A DNA stretch of 64,000 nucleotides. It comes from Escherichia phage A4. How positions within the stretch are numbered: the stretch's first letter is position 1; each line of letters opens with the position of its first letter. The stretch lies in sequence record ON286972, one strand, 5' to 3'. The notes below the pieces were generated by a model. It did not search any database, had not been told where the DNA came from, and worked only from the letters and a program-made list of their open reading frames with translations. The translations under genes and the position numbers were made by a program. Positions 43,139-53,726 of this stretch are shown in pieces.

Positions 43139-43676
43139 TGAGATAATTTCTTTTGCAAATAAGTTAAGTACACTAACCAAATTGACGGAAGTAGTACTGC
43201 AAGATGAGCGTATACTTTCTAGGAGTGAGCTAATTGTTTCACAAAACGATTCCATGACGTATATGTCTTTCAGATCGTCAGGCCGAACAATTATTAAGTT
43301 CGGTTCTGTTCCTGAAACAAATGGAAAATTATCTATGTGCACACATAATAATGGGGAATTGTATGGATTAGTGTACAGAAAAGATTCGACAGTACTGAAT
43401 ACTTTCAATGCAGGTGCGAGTGCAGTTGATGTTACATCATTGAGTGATGTTGACAAATACATAGATTTACCACACCTTGAAATTAATGAAGAAAGTGTTT
43501 TTCAGTTAAGTACAGTGCACAATGATATTGAAGTGTTTGGTATTTCTTTATGGAATATCCTTCGTTTAAGGGATGATGCTCCTGTATTTGTATATGCAAA
43601 TTATGAAGACATTGATACTTGTATTGATGAAATGGAGAAATACATTGATCAATTTAAACAAAACTTCCACATTTGA
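43128..43676 (+). CDS. hypothetical acidic protein, family C
   Basis: motif EESVFQLSTVHND. Confidence 0.65.
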   Translation: MTYDEIISFANKLSTLTKLTEVVLQDERILSRSELIVSQNDSMTYMSFRSSGRTIIKFGSVPETNGKLSMCTHNNGELYGLVYRKDSTVLNTFNAGASAVDVTSLSDVDKYIDLPHLEINEESVFQLSTVHNDIEVFGISLWNILRLRDDAPVFVYANYEDIDTCIDEMEKYIDQFKQNFHI

Positions 43677-44223
43677 TATTCACGAGAAAGCTAAGCTACT
43701 TATCAGTACTGCTGAATATTATTACGATACAGTACTGAGTCAATCACCTTCTACATTTCGTGATTTAGTTAAATCATTTAATAAAACACAAAAAGATTGT
43801 GAGCTTTCATATAATGGTGTGAACTTTATGTATATTAAACCATATATGTCAAAGCGTGATTTGATTAAATGCAATGATGATTTCAAGATTGATCGTGATT
43901 TAAATCGTTTCTTCTACGATGTAAGAAGCAATCTGTATCAACTTACATTAAATTCCAGTACTTCTTTCATTATTGGATTGGGTAAGAATTTAGGTACTGG
44001 TACTTCATTTTATAATAAAGGTGAAGTACAAGATGTGGATCTCAATCCAAGTACTGATGTTGCATTCCAACAGGATTTGATTATGGATGTGGATTCAGCA
44101 GCTACATACAGTTCTAATGTTCTGTGCAAGGAATTTCAGAATTCCAAAATTCTTGAGTTATTGTACATTGCGGATTGCAATATACTGTACAAATTTTGTA
44201 CTCATCTGAAGGAGATTTTATGA
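43645..44223 (+). CDS. hypothetical protein, family C
   Basis: Probable TTG start 43645 after GGAGA (ORF-track start 43573); motif TDVAFQQDLIMD. Confidence 0.5.
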   Translation: MINLNKTSTFDIHEKAKLLISTAEYYYDTVLSQSPSTFRDLVKSFNKTQKDCELSYNGVNFMYIKPYMSKRDLIKCNDDFKIDRDLNRFFYDVRSNLYQLTLNSSTSFIIGLGKNLGTGTSFYNKGEVQDVDLNPSTDVAFQQDLIMDVDSAATYSSNVLCKEFQNSKILELLYIADCNILYKFCTHLKEIL

Positions 44224-44588
44224 AAAAAGAAATTAGAATCCAATTCGGTATGAGGAAAAAAGAGGTCATTTGCACACTGAATCATGCGGTCGTGGAAAGG
44301 TTTGATGCATTACAAAAATTCTCCCATTTTGTTCTTGTACTATATGAAAATGGGTCTTTTAAAATCTTCACTTATGATGATTCAAAAAATTATCGTAATG
44401 ATTTTGTAAATCTTACAGTACTGTCAGAAGAGGAATTCTTTCAGGAAAGTACAGTCTGGGATTTACCAGGAGCACCAATTGAATACGTCCGTGCTACACA
44501 GGCAGAAATGATCAAAGCAATGCAGAACTATCCAGAAGATCATATGACTAAGTTTCCTGAATCTATTCATGTAGAGGTTGAGTACTGA
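44220..44588 (+). CDS. hypothetical acidic protein, family C
   Basis: ATG 44220 after GGAG, ATGA overlap; motif SEEEFFQESTVWD. Confidence 0.65.
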   Translation: MKKEIRIQFGMRKKEVICTLNHAVVERFDALQKFSHFVLVLYENGSFKIFTYDDSKNYRNDFVNLTVLSEEEFFQESTVWDLPGAPIEYVRATQAEMIKAMQNYPEDHMTKFPESIHVEVEY

Positions 44589-44926
44589 TGGATTTAGTAA
44601 AAGTTACTATAGCCAAACATCAGTACTATGTAATGATTGAGTTAGGTTATAACCACAAGAAAGAACATTTTTATTATCTTACATATGAAAAGAATATGTT
44701 CAAGATAATCACTAATAATTTAGCACGAGATGTATTTCATATTTTTGATTACAGTGATTATAGTGAGGAAGAGTTATTTCAGGAATCATTAGTATGGGAG
44801 TACAATAGAATTGTAGATATTGAAAAGTTAATTAAGTATCAACAACTAATGAAAGATATAATGAATAACTATCCATGTGAACTACAAAGAGAACTGGAAT
44901 TTATTGTCCAATACAAAGAGGTTTAA
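44588..44926 (+). CDS. hypothetical acidic protein, family C
   Basis: motif SEEELFQESLVWEY. Confidence 0.65.
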   Translation: MDLVKVTIAKHQYYVMIELGYNHKKEHFYYLTYEKNMFKIITNNLARDVFHIFDYSDYSEEELFQESLVWEYNRIVDIEKLIKYQQLMKDIMNNYPCELQRELEFIVQYKEV

Positions 44927-44928
44927 TT

Positions 44929-45465
44929 ATGTTAGATTATGACAGAATAGAGAAAGATGATTGGGACGGTACTCACCATTTAAAGGTTGACACTTTTGAA
45001 CACGCTCGCAGTACTGCTCAAGATCTTATGCAAATCCATGAGTTCATTTGTAATAACAGAGAGACTTCTATTTGGGTAAAATCTGACAGATTTATTGATT
45101 CAAGTTATGATTACTTCAGTATTCGTTCAAGAGGTCTGGATGATGACGGGTACAGTGTTGATATGTTCAATATCAACAAATTTAATGACCCTGAATATGA
45201 TCCAAAATACAGCGGTGGCTTTTTAAGTTATTCACCTGACTATGACAGAATAAAGTTCTTTTATGAAGAGGCAGACATTGTTATACCATTTATAGAAGAA
45301 GAACTTACCGAAGAACTGTTCTTTCAGATGAGTACTGTTGACGACCCGTACATAGTTGGTGTACAATTCATGTTCTCTTGGCTTAAACAGAATAACTTCC
45401 CTCCTTTTTATGTTGACCTTACTTTTTACGATCTAATTTGGAATTTTGTTCGTAATCCATCTTGA
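44929..45465 (+). CDS. hypothetical acidic protein, family C
   Basis: motif TEELFFQMSTVDDP. Confidence 0.65.
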   Translation: MLDYDRIEKDDWDGTHHLKVDTFEHARSTAQDLMQIHEFICNNRETSIWVKSDRFIDSSYDYFSIRSRGLDDDGYSVDMFNINKFNDPEYDPKYSGGFLSYSPDYDRIKFFYEEADIVIPFIEEELTEELFFQMSTVDDPYIVGVQFMFSWLKQNNFPPFYVDLTFYDLIWNFVRNPS

Positions 45466-45490
45466 CACCTCCTTCTGTGCATGATATAAT
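45462..45490 (+). promoter_or_regulatory. sigma70-like internal promoter
   Basis: TTGACA 45462-45467, 17 bp, TATAAT 45485-45490. Confidence 0.6.
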
Positions 45491-45521
45491 CTTTTTCATC
45501 TAATACGAAAAGGATCATATC

Positions 45522-46019
45522 ATGCAATTCAATCCTGAACTCTCATACAGTAATGCTATAACTTTTGCAGACAATTTAATTCGCATTCATAACTTTTTAA
45601 GAGATGTTGAAACTAATTTTGACGTTACATATGTGGACCCCAAAAGTGGAGAGATGTTTACCGATACAGTACAGGTATCCAGTATTCTGTCATTTCGTAT
45701 GCATATGCTATACAGCAAAGTTGAAGCACATAATAATGTAAGAATTCTTGGTTCGTCATTCTTTGGATTCAATGCGAAAGCGAAAGGTACACTTCGTTTT
45801 TATAAAGAATTTTTGGAGTGCGAAGAGATAGATCTCATTGATATCAATGATGAGTGTGAATACTTTCAGTACTGCACAATCTATTCAGAAGATGTGGTTT
45901 TTGCATTAACTGCAATATCTGAATTGCATAAAAAATTACCACCAGATGCCCAATTTTACTTTGACCTTAGTGATTATGATATCATGTTGGATCATATTAA
46001 TCGTGTAGGAGAATTGTAA
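45522..46019 (+). CDS. hypothetical acidic protein, family C
   Basis: motif ECEYFQYCTIYSED. Confidence 0.7.
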   Translation: MQFNPELSYSNAITFADNLIRIHNFLRDVETNFDVTYVDPKSGEMFTDTVQVSSILSFRMHMLYSKVEAHNNVRILGSSFFGFNAKAKGTLRFYKEFLECEEIDLIDINDECEYFQYCTIYSEDVVFALTAISELHKKLPPDAQFYFDLSDYDIMLDHINRVGEL

Positions 46020-46522
46020 TGCCTGATATTAGCAAACTTAATTACGATGAGATTGAACAGTACGCAAAAGATATCTACGAAATCTATGATGAATTCAAGA
46101 ACAATACTACAGCATTTGGTTCAATGTATTCTCGAAAAAAGAGTCTTAACAGGGATAGGAAAAGTTGTTTAACATATACACAGAAATCAGGCGAAATGAT
46201 GGAAATCTTCTGTGAATCATTTGATGATAGTGAATATAGTGTAGGCATGAATTACCTATCTTACTCAAAAGAAGGTGAAGTTGTAGTAGATTTACGTGAT
46301 GAAAAGGGTCGTAATAAAAAGAGTAGTATCAAGGAAGAAGATGTAAAACTAATTTCTGAAGAAGATTACTTTCAGTTAAGTACTACTATGAATATGTTGG
46401 TATTGAATGTCATAACACTCTACGGTTTCCTCCGATATAAGCATGAAATTGAAACTGACTTCTATTTTGATTTGAATGATTTTGAAGTATGCAAGGGATA
46501 TCTAAATGGGAAAAGTAGTTGA
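46019..46522 (+). CDS. hypothetical protein, family C
   Basis: motif EEDYFQLSTTMN. Confidence 0.65.
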   Translation: MPDISKLNYDEIEQYAKDIYEIYDEFKNNTTAFGSMYSRKKSLNRDRKSCLTYTQKSGEMMEIFCESFDDSEYSVGMNYLSYSKEGEVVVDLRDEKGRNKKSSIKEEDVKLISEEDYFQLSTTMNMLVLNVITLYGFLRYKHEIETDFYFDLNDFEVCKGYLNGKSS

Positions 46523-46844
46523 TATTGAGTACATGCACGATGGTGATGAAATTTTTATTGTCCAAAAAGAATGCAAGGCTGGACATTGGGTTATCTTCTC
46601 TGTAGAAGAGGATGAATCCATTGTATCTTTTATTTCTACTAAACATAAAGATACGAATTTGGAACTTCTTTACAATTTAAGTGAAGAAGAACTATTTCAA
46701 ATGAGCACTACATTTGAATATGATGTATACGAATTATTAGATGTACAGAATATTTTGTTGGAGTCTCTTCAGAAACTAAAACACAAAGATTTATTTCTGG
46801 TTAAATCATTTATGATGCACAAATTTACACTTGAGGTGGATTAA
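46506..46844 (+). CDS. hypothetical acidic protein, family C
   Basis: motif EEELFQMSTTFEYD. Confidence 0.6.
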   Translation: MGKVVDIEYMHDGDEIFIVQKECKAGHWVIFSVEEDESIVSFISTKHKDTNLELLYNLSEEELFQMSTTFEYDVYELLDVQNILLESLQKLKHKDLFLVKSFMMHKFTLEVD

Positions 46845-47275
46845 TGTATTTTGAAATTATAAAAGTTAAATCAAAGGCTTTACTTAATACAAGATTTCAA
46901 ACGTATGGTTGCACTCATAGTGTAATGCTGGATGATAATAACGAATTGTATTATTCTAAAGTAACACAACCAGTACCGGAGAATAAATTCTATATCTATT
47001 CTCACAAAGATAACTCACAATATGACATTGAGAATCTCGCTGTAATGCCACCTGACGAGCTATTTCAGTACAGCTTAGTATGTCCTTACCGTGGTGATAT
47101 TGACCTTCTCAAGAAGATTCAGGAGGGTTTAATGGACTTTGTGCCTAAGTCTAACCCTGAATATTTTTCAACTAATGTAGAGTTTTTAAAGATCGAAAGA
47201 GAAATTCCTGATTATATGCTTAGTGATGATGAGTTCTACGATAAGCATTTCCCAGGAAAAAAATGGAGAGATTAA
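46844..47275 (+). CDS. hypothetical protein, family C
   Basis: motif PDELFQYSLVCPY. Confidence 0.65.
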   Translation: MYFEIIKVKSKALLNTRFQTYGCTHSVMLDDNNELYYSKVTQPVPENKFYIYSHKDNSQYDIENLAVMPPDELFQYSLVCPYRGDIDLLKKIQEGLMDFVPKSNPEYFSTNVEFLKIEREIPDYMLSDDEFYDKHFPGKKWRD

Positions 47276-47745
47276 TGACATTCCAGGAAGATATTGATTT
47301 TGCAAAAAAGATTTACAAAATTCATCTTATAATGGAAAGTACTGAGTTCCAAAAGCGTTCATATGTCGATAAGATTAAAAGCTGTGATAAAAGTTCATTT
47401 GTCATAAAACTACCCACATTCAAATCCAAAAGAGAGGCCATCTACGCTACGATTTATGATGATTCAGAATACAATCTAATGGATTTGTACATGACCTTTA
47501 CCCCTGGGAATACACTTGTATGTTACTTCCAATGGGAGGAAGAGACAATTGTACTTGATAATATAGGTTCTTATAAGCCTACTGAAGAGACGCACTTTCA
47601 GTTATCTTTGATCTATACAGAAGAAACAGTTCGTGCTATAATGTTGTATTCATATCTCAATAGTGTAAATGCCAGTGCTTTCTATCTGGATTTAGTACAT
47701 CTTGAACTTATTGAGGAATTACTTGCAGAGGAACTTTCTCTATGA
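47263..47745 (+). CDS. hypothetical protein, family C
   Basis: motif EETHFQLSLIYTEE. Confidence 0.6.
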   Translation: MERLMTFQEDIDFAKKIYKIHLIMESTEFQKRSYVDKIKSCDKSSFVIKLPTFKSKREAIYATIYDDSEYNLMDLYMTFTPGNTLVCYFQWEEETIVLDNIGSYKPTEETHFQLSLIYTEETVRAIMLYSYLNSVNASAFYLDLVHLELIEELLAEELSL

Positions 47746-48212
47746 TAGAATCCGAAGAGTTAGTACTGGATGGTCACGTTATCCGATACGATTCATATGC
47801 GGCGTGTATTGATTTTGCAAAGATTTTGATGAAGATTTATCATGCTGGTAATAATGGTAAATTTGACAAAGTGTTTGGAAAATCATTTACTCATAATGCA
47901 TGGTATTACGCTGGTACTGAAGTTTTAAACATAGGGGAATCAGTGTGTGATGATGAATCATTCATGAGCTTTGATTACTATTATATTCAGTACCATTCAT
48001 ACCTTGATAAAATTTGTGTTCATGACAGTGATTTTAAAGTATTACCTTCATATATTGAAATATGTAATGAAGAGATGTACTTTCAAAACTCATTATTATA
48101 TACAAGTAATATACTTTTACTATCTGTGATTGTGACATACTTAAGAAGCGAAGGACTTAATTCCTTTTATATTGATTTGGATTTCTTTAATACATTTTTG
48201 GAACATTTATAA
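47742..48212 (+). CDS. hypothetical protein, family C
   Basis: ATGA overlap; motif NEEMYFQNSLLYTS. Confidence 0.65.
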   Translation: MIESEELVLDGHVIRYDSYAACIDFAKILMKIYHAGNNGKFDKVFGKSFTHNAWYYAGTEVLNIGESVCDDESFMSFDYYYIQYHSYLDKICVHDSDFKVLPSYIEICNEEMYFQNSLLYTSNILLLSVIVTYLRSEGLNSFYIDLDFFNTFLEHL

Positions 48213-48221
48213 AGGTGCTAT

Positions 48222-48728
48222 ATGTCGAGGAAACTATCAGAACTAATAAAGTTCGCAAAGGATTGTCTTGATACAATAACTTATTTGTACGTTAATGAAG
48301 TTAATTTGCATAGATATTTCGCTATCCATCACAGTACTGAATCGTCTTTCAATATTCGTCACGGTGCTCATAGTATATATTTTCATACTAAAGCTGAAGA
48401 TCGTCTGGCTCATTCTATGTTTGAGAAAGGTAAAACAGACTATATTCTATTTCGTTCAGATGGTTCTGATATAAAATATATTTCACACCAAAGAGGAAAA
48501 GCACAATTTATTAATCATATACTTCCGTACATTACGGATTTAACGGATGAAAATTATTTCCAAAATTCATTAATTTACAATGACTCTGAACTTAAAGCTA
48601 TGTTTATTCTATCGTACTTTAAAAAATATAGTGAGTTTCAGAGAATTAGTTTTGAATTTGCTTCAATGAAGCACTTTATTAAACAGGTAAGGATTTTAAA
48701 AAATGCTGACAAACGAAACAATAGATAA
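48222..48728 (+). CDS. hypothetical protein, family C
   Basis: motif DENYFQNSLIYNDS. Confidence 0.65.
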   Translation: MSRKLSELIKFAKDCLDTITYLYVNEVNLHRYFAIHHSTESSFNIRHGAHSIYFHTKAEDRLAHSMFEKGKTDYILFRSDGSDIKYISHQRGKAQFINHILPYITDLTDENYFQNSLIYNDSELKAMFILSYFKKYSEFQRISFEFASMKHFIKQVRILKNADKRNNR

Positions 48729-49317
48729 AATTAGTCAGATAAGTTTAGAACTAATTCGTATTCATGAATTTGCATGGCGTCTAACAAATCGTGTTATTTC
48801 ATTTCATACCAGTACTGAACAAAATTCTACATACAAATTTGACCGTGGTGACAAATGGTTTGATTTAATGGATGAAAATGATAAATGTATCATCTGCGTA
48901 AGAACTGAATTGACCGACCGCAACAGTGCAAGAGATTTAGATATATATATGCCCGGTTCTTATATTTGTATCTCAAGAAGCGATGGTATTTTTATTAGTT
49001 CATCTGGACTTAATTATCTTAATAAAGTCTACATTGATATGGATGAAGAAGAAGAATACTATGTTACAACACATGAACCTGAATTTCTGGATATTCCAGA
49101 TGATGATGTACTCGACGAAACATTGTTTCAGTACTCATTAATTCACAATGCCTGTGTTATTGATGCTATTAAATTTTGTAAAAATCTATCCCCTAAATTA
49201 CCATTAACAAAGTATATCAAATTAGAACCTGAAATATTCAAAGAACAGGACTGGGATGGGTTATTACTTAAATTAAAAAGTATTACTGAAGAAAACATAT
49301 GTACAATTGAGGATTAA
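48703..49317 (+). CDS. hypothetical acidic protein, family C
   Basis: motif DETLFQYSLIHNAC; 26-nt overlap with upstream gene. Confidence 0.55.
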   Translation: MLTNETIDKISQISLELIRIHEFAWRLTNRVISFHTSTEQNSTYKFDRGDKWFDLMDENDKCIICVRTELTDRNSARDLDIYMPGSYICISRSDGIFISSSGLNYLNKVYIDMDEEEEYYVTTHEPEFLDIPDDDVLDETLFQYSLIHNACVIDAIKFCKNLSPKLPLTKYIKLEPEIFKEQDWDGLLLKLKSITEENICTIED

Positions 49318-49321
49318 TTGA

Positions 49322-49954
49322 ATGAGTTCAAAAAGAAAACCAATTTCAAAGTACGTTTTTCATCGCCTAGAATATAAGCACTGCATTGCGTATGCACGAG
49401 CCTTAACGGACATATTACCACGTCTGAAAGATGATAAGTTCCTTGAATGTTATGACATGCGTTTTCATAACAATGTTCTTGAGTACATAGAATCAGATGA
49501 TAGTGAGTTGAATGAAGTATGGCTTGATTTCAGTCCTAGTGGTTTAGATAAAAATAGAGTTGGTAATTTGGGACCATTTTTTACGCACTGCTTGAACTTC
49601 GATTTGTCAGATAAAACATTAGTACTGGACAGTAATGAGGTACTTAGATTAAACCTCAATGATATGGATTATTCAGAAGAATCATTCTTTCAATATAGTT
49701 TATTATATGAACCGAATGATTTATTATATACTATTGTTTTCCCATATCTACATGAGCACCTTAAAGGTACTAAAGTTCAAAGAGCAGACATTGCCTTTAG
49801 TTTAGTAAATTTATTCAAGTACAGTGATGTGTTCAAAGAAATATGTATTGAAGGTGGTTACTTCGATGACCTTGCTGATTTGAATAACATGGCGTTTGAA
49901 AATGATAATTATTTTAACGATACCTATATAGGCGGTTCGAGGATAATGAAATGA
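49322..49954 (+). CDS. hypothetical acidic protein, family C
   Basis: motif SEESFFQYSLLYEPN. Confidence 0.65.
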   Translation: MSSKRKPISKYVFHRLEYKHCIAYARALTDILPRLKDDKFLECYDMRFHNNVLEYIESDDSELNEVWLDFSPSGLDKNRVGNLGPFFTHCLNFDLSDKTLVLDSNEVLRLNLNDMDYSEESFFQYSLLYEPNDLLYTIVFPYLHEHLKGTKVQRADIAFSLVNLFKYSDVFKEICIEGGYFDDLADLNNMAFENDNYFNDTYIGGSRIMK

Positions 49955-50502
49955 GTCTCCCATTAACAATAAACCCAGTACTAAAAGATCTATCTAAAGT
50001 TATTATGAACTTTTTTCCTATTGTACTACAAGATATAAAACCTATATCAAATCTTGGTTCATGTTATATTCGACACAGTAATAATAAAAACGGTTCTATA
50101 GGTACTTTGTACATTAGTGATAGTTCATTGTTTCTTTTGCACCCTGAGTTATCAGATGAAGAAATACAAGATGGATGCTCGGAGGCACAGAATCGTGTAC
50201 TCACACGTTATCCATATGTGTACATAAGCAGCATTAAACATAAAAATCTTGCTAATAACTTTTGCCAATGCAATCACGGTGATAACTTAATAGATTTAAA
50301 TGTTGACGATGGGGTGCTTTTCCAGTACAGTACTCTATATGATCAGTTAACAATGGATATCATTGAGTTGGATAAGTTAGTGCGTGATTACATCCCTGAT
50401 GGTTTCTATCTTACAATGGATCTTAATGTACTGAATTCCGTAATGGAACAAGGCACTCTACCAAACATTCTGAGAGACTTACGAGCATTTAAAAGACCCT
50501 GA
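49951..50502 (+). CDS. hypothetical protein, family C
   Basis: ATGA overlap; motif DGVLFQYSTLYDQL. Confidence 0.65.
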   Translation: MSLPLTINPVLKDLSKVIMNFFPIVLQDIKPISNLGSCYIRHSNNKNGSIGTLYISDSSLFLLHPELSDEEIQDGCSEAQNRVLTRYPYVYISSIKHKNLANNFCQCNHGDNLIDLNVDDGVLFQYSTLYDQLTMDIIELDKLVRDYIPDGFYLTMDLNVLNSVMEQGTLPNILRDLRAFKRP

Positions 50503-50515
50503 TGGGTCTTTTTTC
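50494..50515 (+). terminator. rho-independent terminator
   Basis: Stem AGACCC/GGGTCT, loop TGAT, then TTTTT. Confidence 0.65.
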
Positions 50516-50524
50516 GTTTATAGG

Positions 50525-50553
50525 TTGACATTAGTAATGTAGAATGTTAGAAT
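50525..50553 (+). promoter_or_regulatory. sigma70-like promoter upstream of the chemoreceptor-like gene pair
   Basis: TTGACA 50525-50530, 17 bp, TAGAAT 50548-50553. Confidence 0.55.
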
Positions 50554-50584
50554 ATTGTAACCTATTTAAAAGAGAGCGTATTTT

Positions 50585-51133
50585 ATGGACAGCATTGTAA
50601 ATATTATTGAATGCATGATTTATATTTTTAAAAACAGTCCTGATAATGAGACTGTTAATTTTGAGTTAGGTGAATTAAATATCAACCCAAAAGAATCTCC
50701 ATCAGTATATTCTAATATTACATTGTTCATTAGTGGTTTAGGTTATGTCGTAAAGATCATTAATGCAACACAACGTAGACAAGAATACAAGATGGAAATT
50801 CTACGCGGAGATAGTGAAATTCGTCTATATAATGTATCACGCTACACTAAGATACTGGTAAAACATTCTTATGAAGATGACGAGAAGTTAGCTGTAGCTA
50901 AAATTGATTCAAACACTTTCAAAGAACAAATGTTCATGGCTGCTATGTCATATGATCAATTAACTTATAATAAGCTAGAAATGGGTTATAAATTACTTAG
51001 GTTATTAGAAGATCATTATGAAATTACAATTATGGACAAATTGCTTACCAAAAGCCAAGAGGAACTAGAGAAAATGCATTTGTTATTAAAAAAATATATT
51101 GATGATAATTTAAATTATGGAGAAGTACGTTGA
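50585..51133 (+). CDS. hypothetical protein, divergent family C member
   Basis: 182 aa; motif degraded to [15 protein letters not shown]. Confidence 0.6.
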   Translation: MDSIVNIIECMIYIFKNSPDNETVNFELGELNINPKESPSVYSNITLFISGLGYVVKIINATQRRQEYKMEILRGDSEIRLYNVSRYTKILVKHSYEDDEKLAVAKIDSNTFKEQMFMAAMSYDQLTYNKLEMGYKLLRLLEDHYEITIMDKLLTKSQEELEKMHLLLKKYIDDNLNYGEVR

Positions 51134-52542
51134 AAAGTAATTTAGAAAATATACGCAAAAAAGCCGATAATTTAGTACTATGTTGTATAGGGGCTTTATT
51201 TGCTGTTACTTTAGTTTCCGGTGTTGTTCATGGTAGTTTTATTATTGCACTTATCGGTGCAGTTTTATTATTAGTAATGCTAACTCCTTTACTATTTGTT
51301 GAAAGTAATGCATTCACTCGAACGTTATTAAGTATAAATGTGATGTGCTGGAGTGCGTTACTAATACATCTTGGCTTAGGGATGGTGGAATGGCACTTTA
51401 CAGTTTTTGTCTTTTTAAGTTTATTGATTGTATGGCGTGACTGGCGTTGTGTATTAGCAGGTTCAGTACTGATAGCAATACATCATTTATTATTTGGATT
51501 GTTGCAGGGTGCTGGAATTCCAATATTATTCGTGTTTTCTTTTCACCATATTTCGTTATGGCACATTATAGAGCACGCAATATATGTAGTAGTACAGGCA
51601 ATAGTTCTGATGTACGTTGCGTACATTATGGAGAAAGATGCAAATGAAGCAGATGAAATTCAACGAATTGCAAGATCAGTGAATTCTGAAGACGGCAATA
51701 TTACTTTAGAAATACAAAATAATCATTTCAACTCCGAATTTGCACAGACTTTTAGTAAAACAATATCAGCTATGCGTGAGGCAATTGAACAAGTACAAAT
51801 TACAGTTCAGTCAATGAAAAGCAACTCCTATCATCTCGAAAGTAAAAGTAATGATTTAGCTTTCAGAACTGAAACACAAGGACAGGCACTCACTCAAATC
51901 GCTGCTGCTATGGAAGAATTAAGTGCTACATCTGCAAATACATCTGATAACTCCAATACTGCAAAAAGTATGGTTAAAACTACAAAAGAATCCAGTACTA
52001 ATGCAATTGAAAGTATTAATAATTGCAAAGAGCAGATGAATAGAATTAAGGAAGATTCTAATGCTATAGTTGCTATACTCAAAAATATAGAAACTATTGC
52101 TTTCCAGACTAATATTCTTTCTTTAAATGCAAGCATTGAGGCTGCTAAAGCGGGTGAACATGGACGTGGATTCTCTGTTGTTGCACAGGAAGTTCGTAAC
52201 TTAGCAATGAAATGTGATACATGTAGTAAAGAAATTAAAGAAATCGTTGATAACTCCGTAAAAAACAACAACCAAGGAATTGAACAAATCAACGAGACAG
52301 CAAGTGATATTGATTCTATTGTAAAAAATGTTGATTCTCTCTTGCAGTTCATTGATGATTTAGCTATAATGGCTGAACAACAAAGTATTGCAATCCTTCA
52401 GGTCACTGAGAGTGTTAATATGATGGACCGTTCAGTACAGCAAAATGCGGAGCATGTCAAGGACACAATGCTGATGGTAGACAATCAACAGTCTGAAGTA
52501 CATGCTTTACAAAAAGCCACTTCGATTTTTAACGTGAAATAA
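51130..52542 (+). CDS. methyl-accepting chemotaxis protein-like polytopic membrane protein
   Basis: About 6 hydrophobic helices N-terminally; C-terminal [37 protein letters not shown] (nt ~52096-52206) matches the MCP signalling-domain core; TTG start with GGAGA SD. Confidence 0.8.
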   Translation: MKSNLENIRKKADNLVLCCIGALFAVTLVSGVVHGSFIIALIGAVLLLVMLTPLLFVESNAFTRTLLSINVMCWSALLIHLGLGMVEWHFTVFVFLSLLIVWRDWRCVLAGSVLIAIHHLLFGLLQGAGIPILFVFSFHHISLWHIIEHAIYVVVQAIVLMYVAYIMEKDANEADEIQRIARSVNSEDGNITLEIQNNHFNSEFAQTFSKTISAMREAIEQVQITVQSMKSNSYHLESKSNDLAFRTETQGQALTQIAAAMEELSATSANTSDNSNTAKSMVKTTKESSTNAIESINNCKEQMNRIKEDSNAIVAILKNIETIAFQTNILSLNASIEAAKAGEHGRGFSVVAQEVRNLAMKCDTCSKEIKEIVDNSVKNNNQGIEQINETASDIDSIVKNVDSLLQFIDDLAIMAEQQSIAILQVTESVNMMDRSVQQNAEHVKDTMLMVDNQQSEVHALQKATSIFNVK

Positions 52543-52549
52543 TTTTAAA

Positions 52550-52576
52550 GCCAGGGTATTGACTCTGGCTTTTTTC
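52550..52576 (+). terminator. terminator hairpin overlapping next promoter
   Basis: Stem GCCAGGG/CTCTGGC then TTTTTT; TTGACT 52559-52564 lies in the hairpin. Confidence 0.55.
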
Positions 52577-52587
52577 TTTGCTATTAT
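52559..52587 (+). promoter_or_regulatory. sigma70-like promoter embedded in terminator hairpin
   Basis: TTGACT 52559-52564, 17 bp, TATTAT 52582-52587; same architecture as the four composite modules. Confidence 0.5.
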
Positions 52588-52615
52588 TTTAATATTATTT
52601 AACCGAGGATATCAT

Positions 52616-53170
52616 ATGGACAATTACCTATTAATCTTACAAATTTACAACGAACTGGGAAAACTTCTTGAAACGTGTAATTCACCGGGACGTAAATTAA
52701 GAATCGGTTTCGATTATGAAATTGAATACACAGGAGAGGGTATTGCAACGCAGCAGATGTTCACAGAAGAAAATAAAACTATTCTGTGCATTTACCCACA
52801 TGAAGGTGATGAGGAAGACTGTGTTGTTGATTTTTCATATGACAGTTCTTGGGCTTTTATTTCACGTAATCCTCGAATGAAAGAGGCAGTGGATTACAAA
52901 GAACCATCATATGATCCTATTGCGTTGTTCAGTACTGAGAATTTAGAAGAACAAAATTTCCAGAGTTCTGTAACTCACGATAAATTAATCACTGATGCAC
53001 TTACGATTGAAGCTTTAGCACGTAACTATAAATTTGATTTCAATCTCAATAATTATTATATGTCATATAGTGCAACAGCATCATTACTCACTGATGATCA
53101 ATTAGTAGTATTACTCAAGGACTTGAAAAACTACGCACAAACGAGAAAAGAACATGAAAACACTAATTGA
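52616..53170 (+). CDS. hypothetical acidic protein, family C
   Basis: ATG 52616 after GAGGAT; motif EEQNFQSSVTHDKL. Confidence 0.65.
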   Translation: MDNYLLILQIYNELGKLLETCNSPGRKLRIGFDYEIEYTGEGIATQQMFTEENKTILCIYPHEGDEEDCVVDFSYDSSWAFISRNPRMKEAVDYKEPSYDPIALFSTENLEEQNFQSSVTHDKLITDALTIEALARNYKFDFNLNNYYMSYSATASLLTDDQLVVLLKDLKNYAQTRKEHENTN

Positions 53171-53726
53171 TATTTTTAAAGTACTAGAAGAACTTACTCA
53201 TAAGTTAGATGAACAAAAAAGAACTGAGAATATTTTTCATTACTTCAACAATCCAATGTACCGATTAGTTTTTGATTGCAGTACTTTGTATCGTTATGCT
53301 AATATCCAAATACAACACTGCATTCAACATAAAACCAAAAATATATGGTCAGTTGATGCTTCTTATGTGGCATCAGGCAGAGAGAGTAAATTTCTGGGTT
53401 CAGTTTCTGATTGTAGTCTTACGGTTAATAAACTTAAAGAAACTAACGAATTAATCGTCAGAAATTTGTACGATGATTATTATGATGATGAAGAATATCT
53501 TCATATTGCACCTGAGCTACAAAATCCAGAAGAGCGAGAAGCATATCTTTTCCAGTTGTCGTTGCTTCCTGGTTATGATATGATAGCTAAAGCTGATTTT
53601 GTATATCAACTATCAATGCAACTTGGTAGTGGGGAGTGTTCTGCTTTCAATAATCTATACAATGAAAGTACTGAAACACAAGAAGAATTATTGGAGGAAT
53701 TAAATGCATTTCTCAAATCTTTATAA
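53154..53726 (+). CDS. hypothetical protein, family C
   Basis: motif EAYLFQLSLLPGYD. Confidence 0.6.
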   Translation: MKTLIDIFKVLEELTHKLDEQKRTENIFHYFNNPMYRLVFDCSTLYRYANIQIQHCIQHKTKNIWSVDASYVASGRESKFLGSVSDCSLTVNKLKETNELIVRNLYDDYYDDEEYLHIAPELQNPEEREAYLFQLSLLPGYDMIAKADFVYQLSMQLGSGECSAFNNLYNESTETQEELLEELNAFLKSL

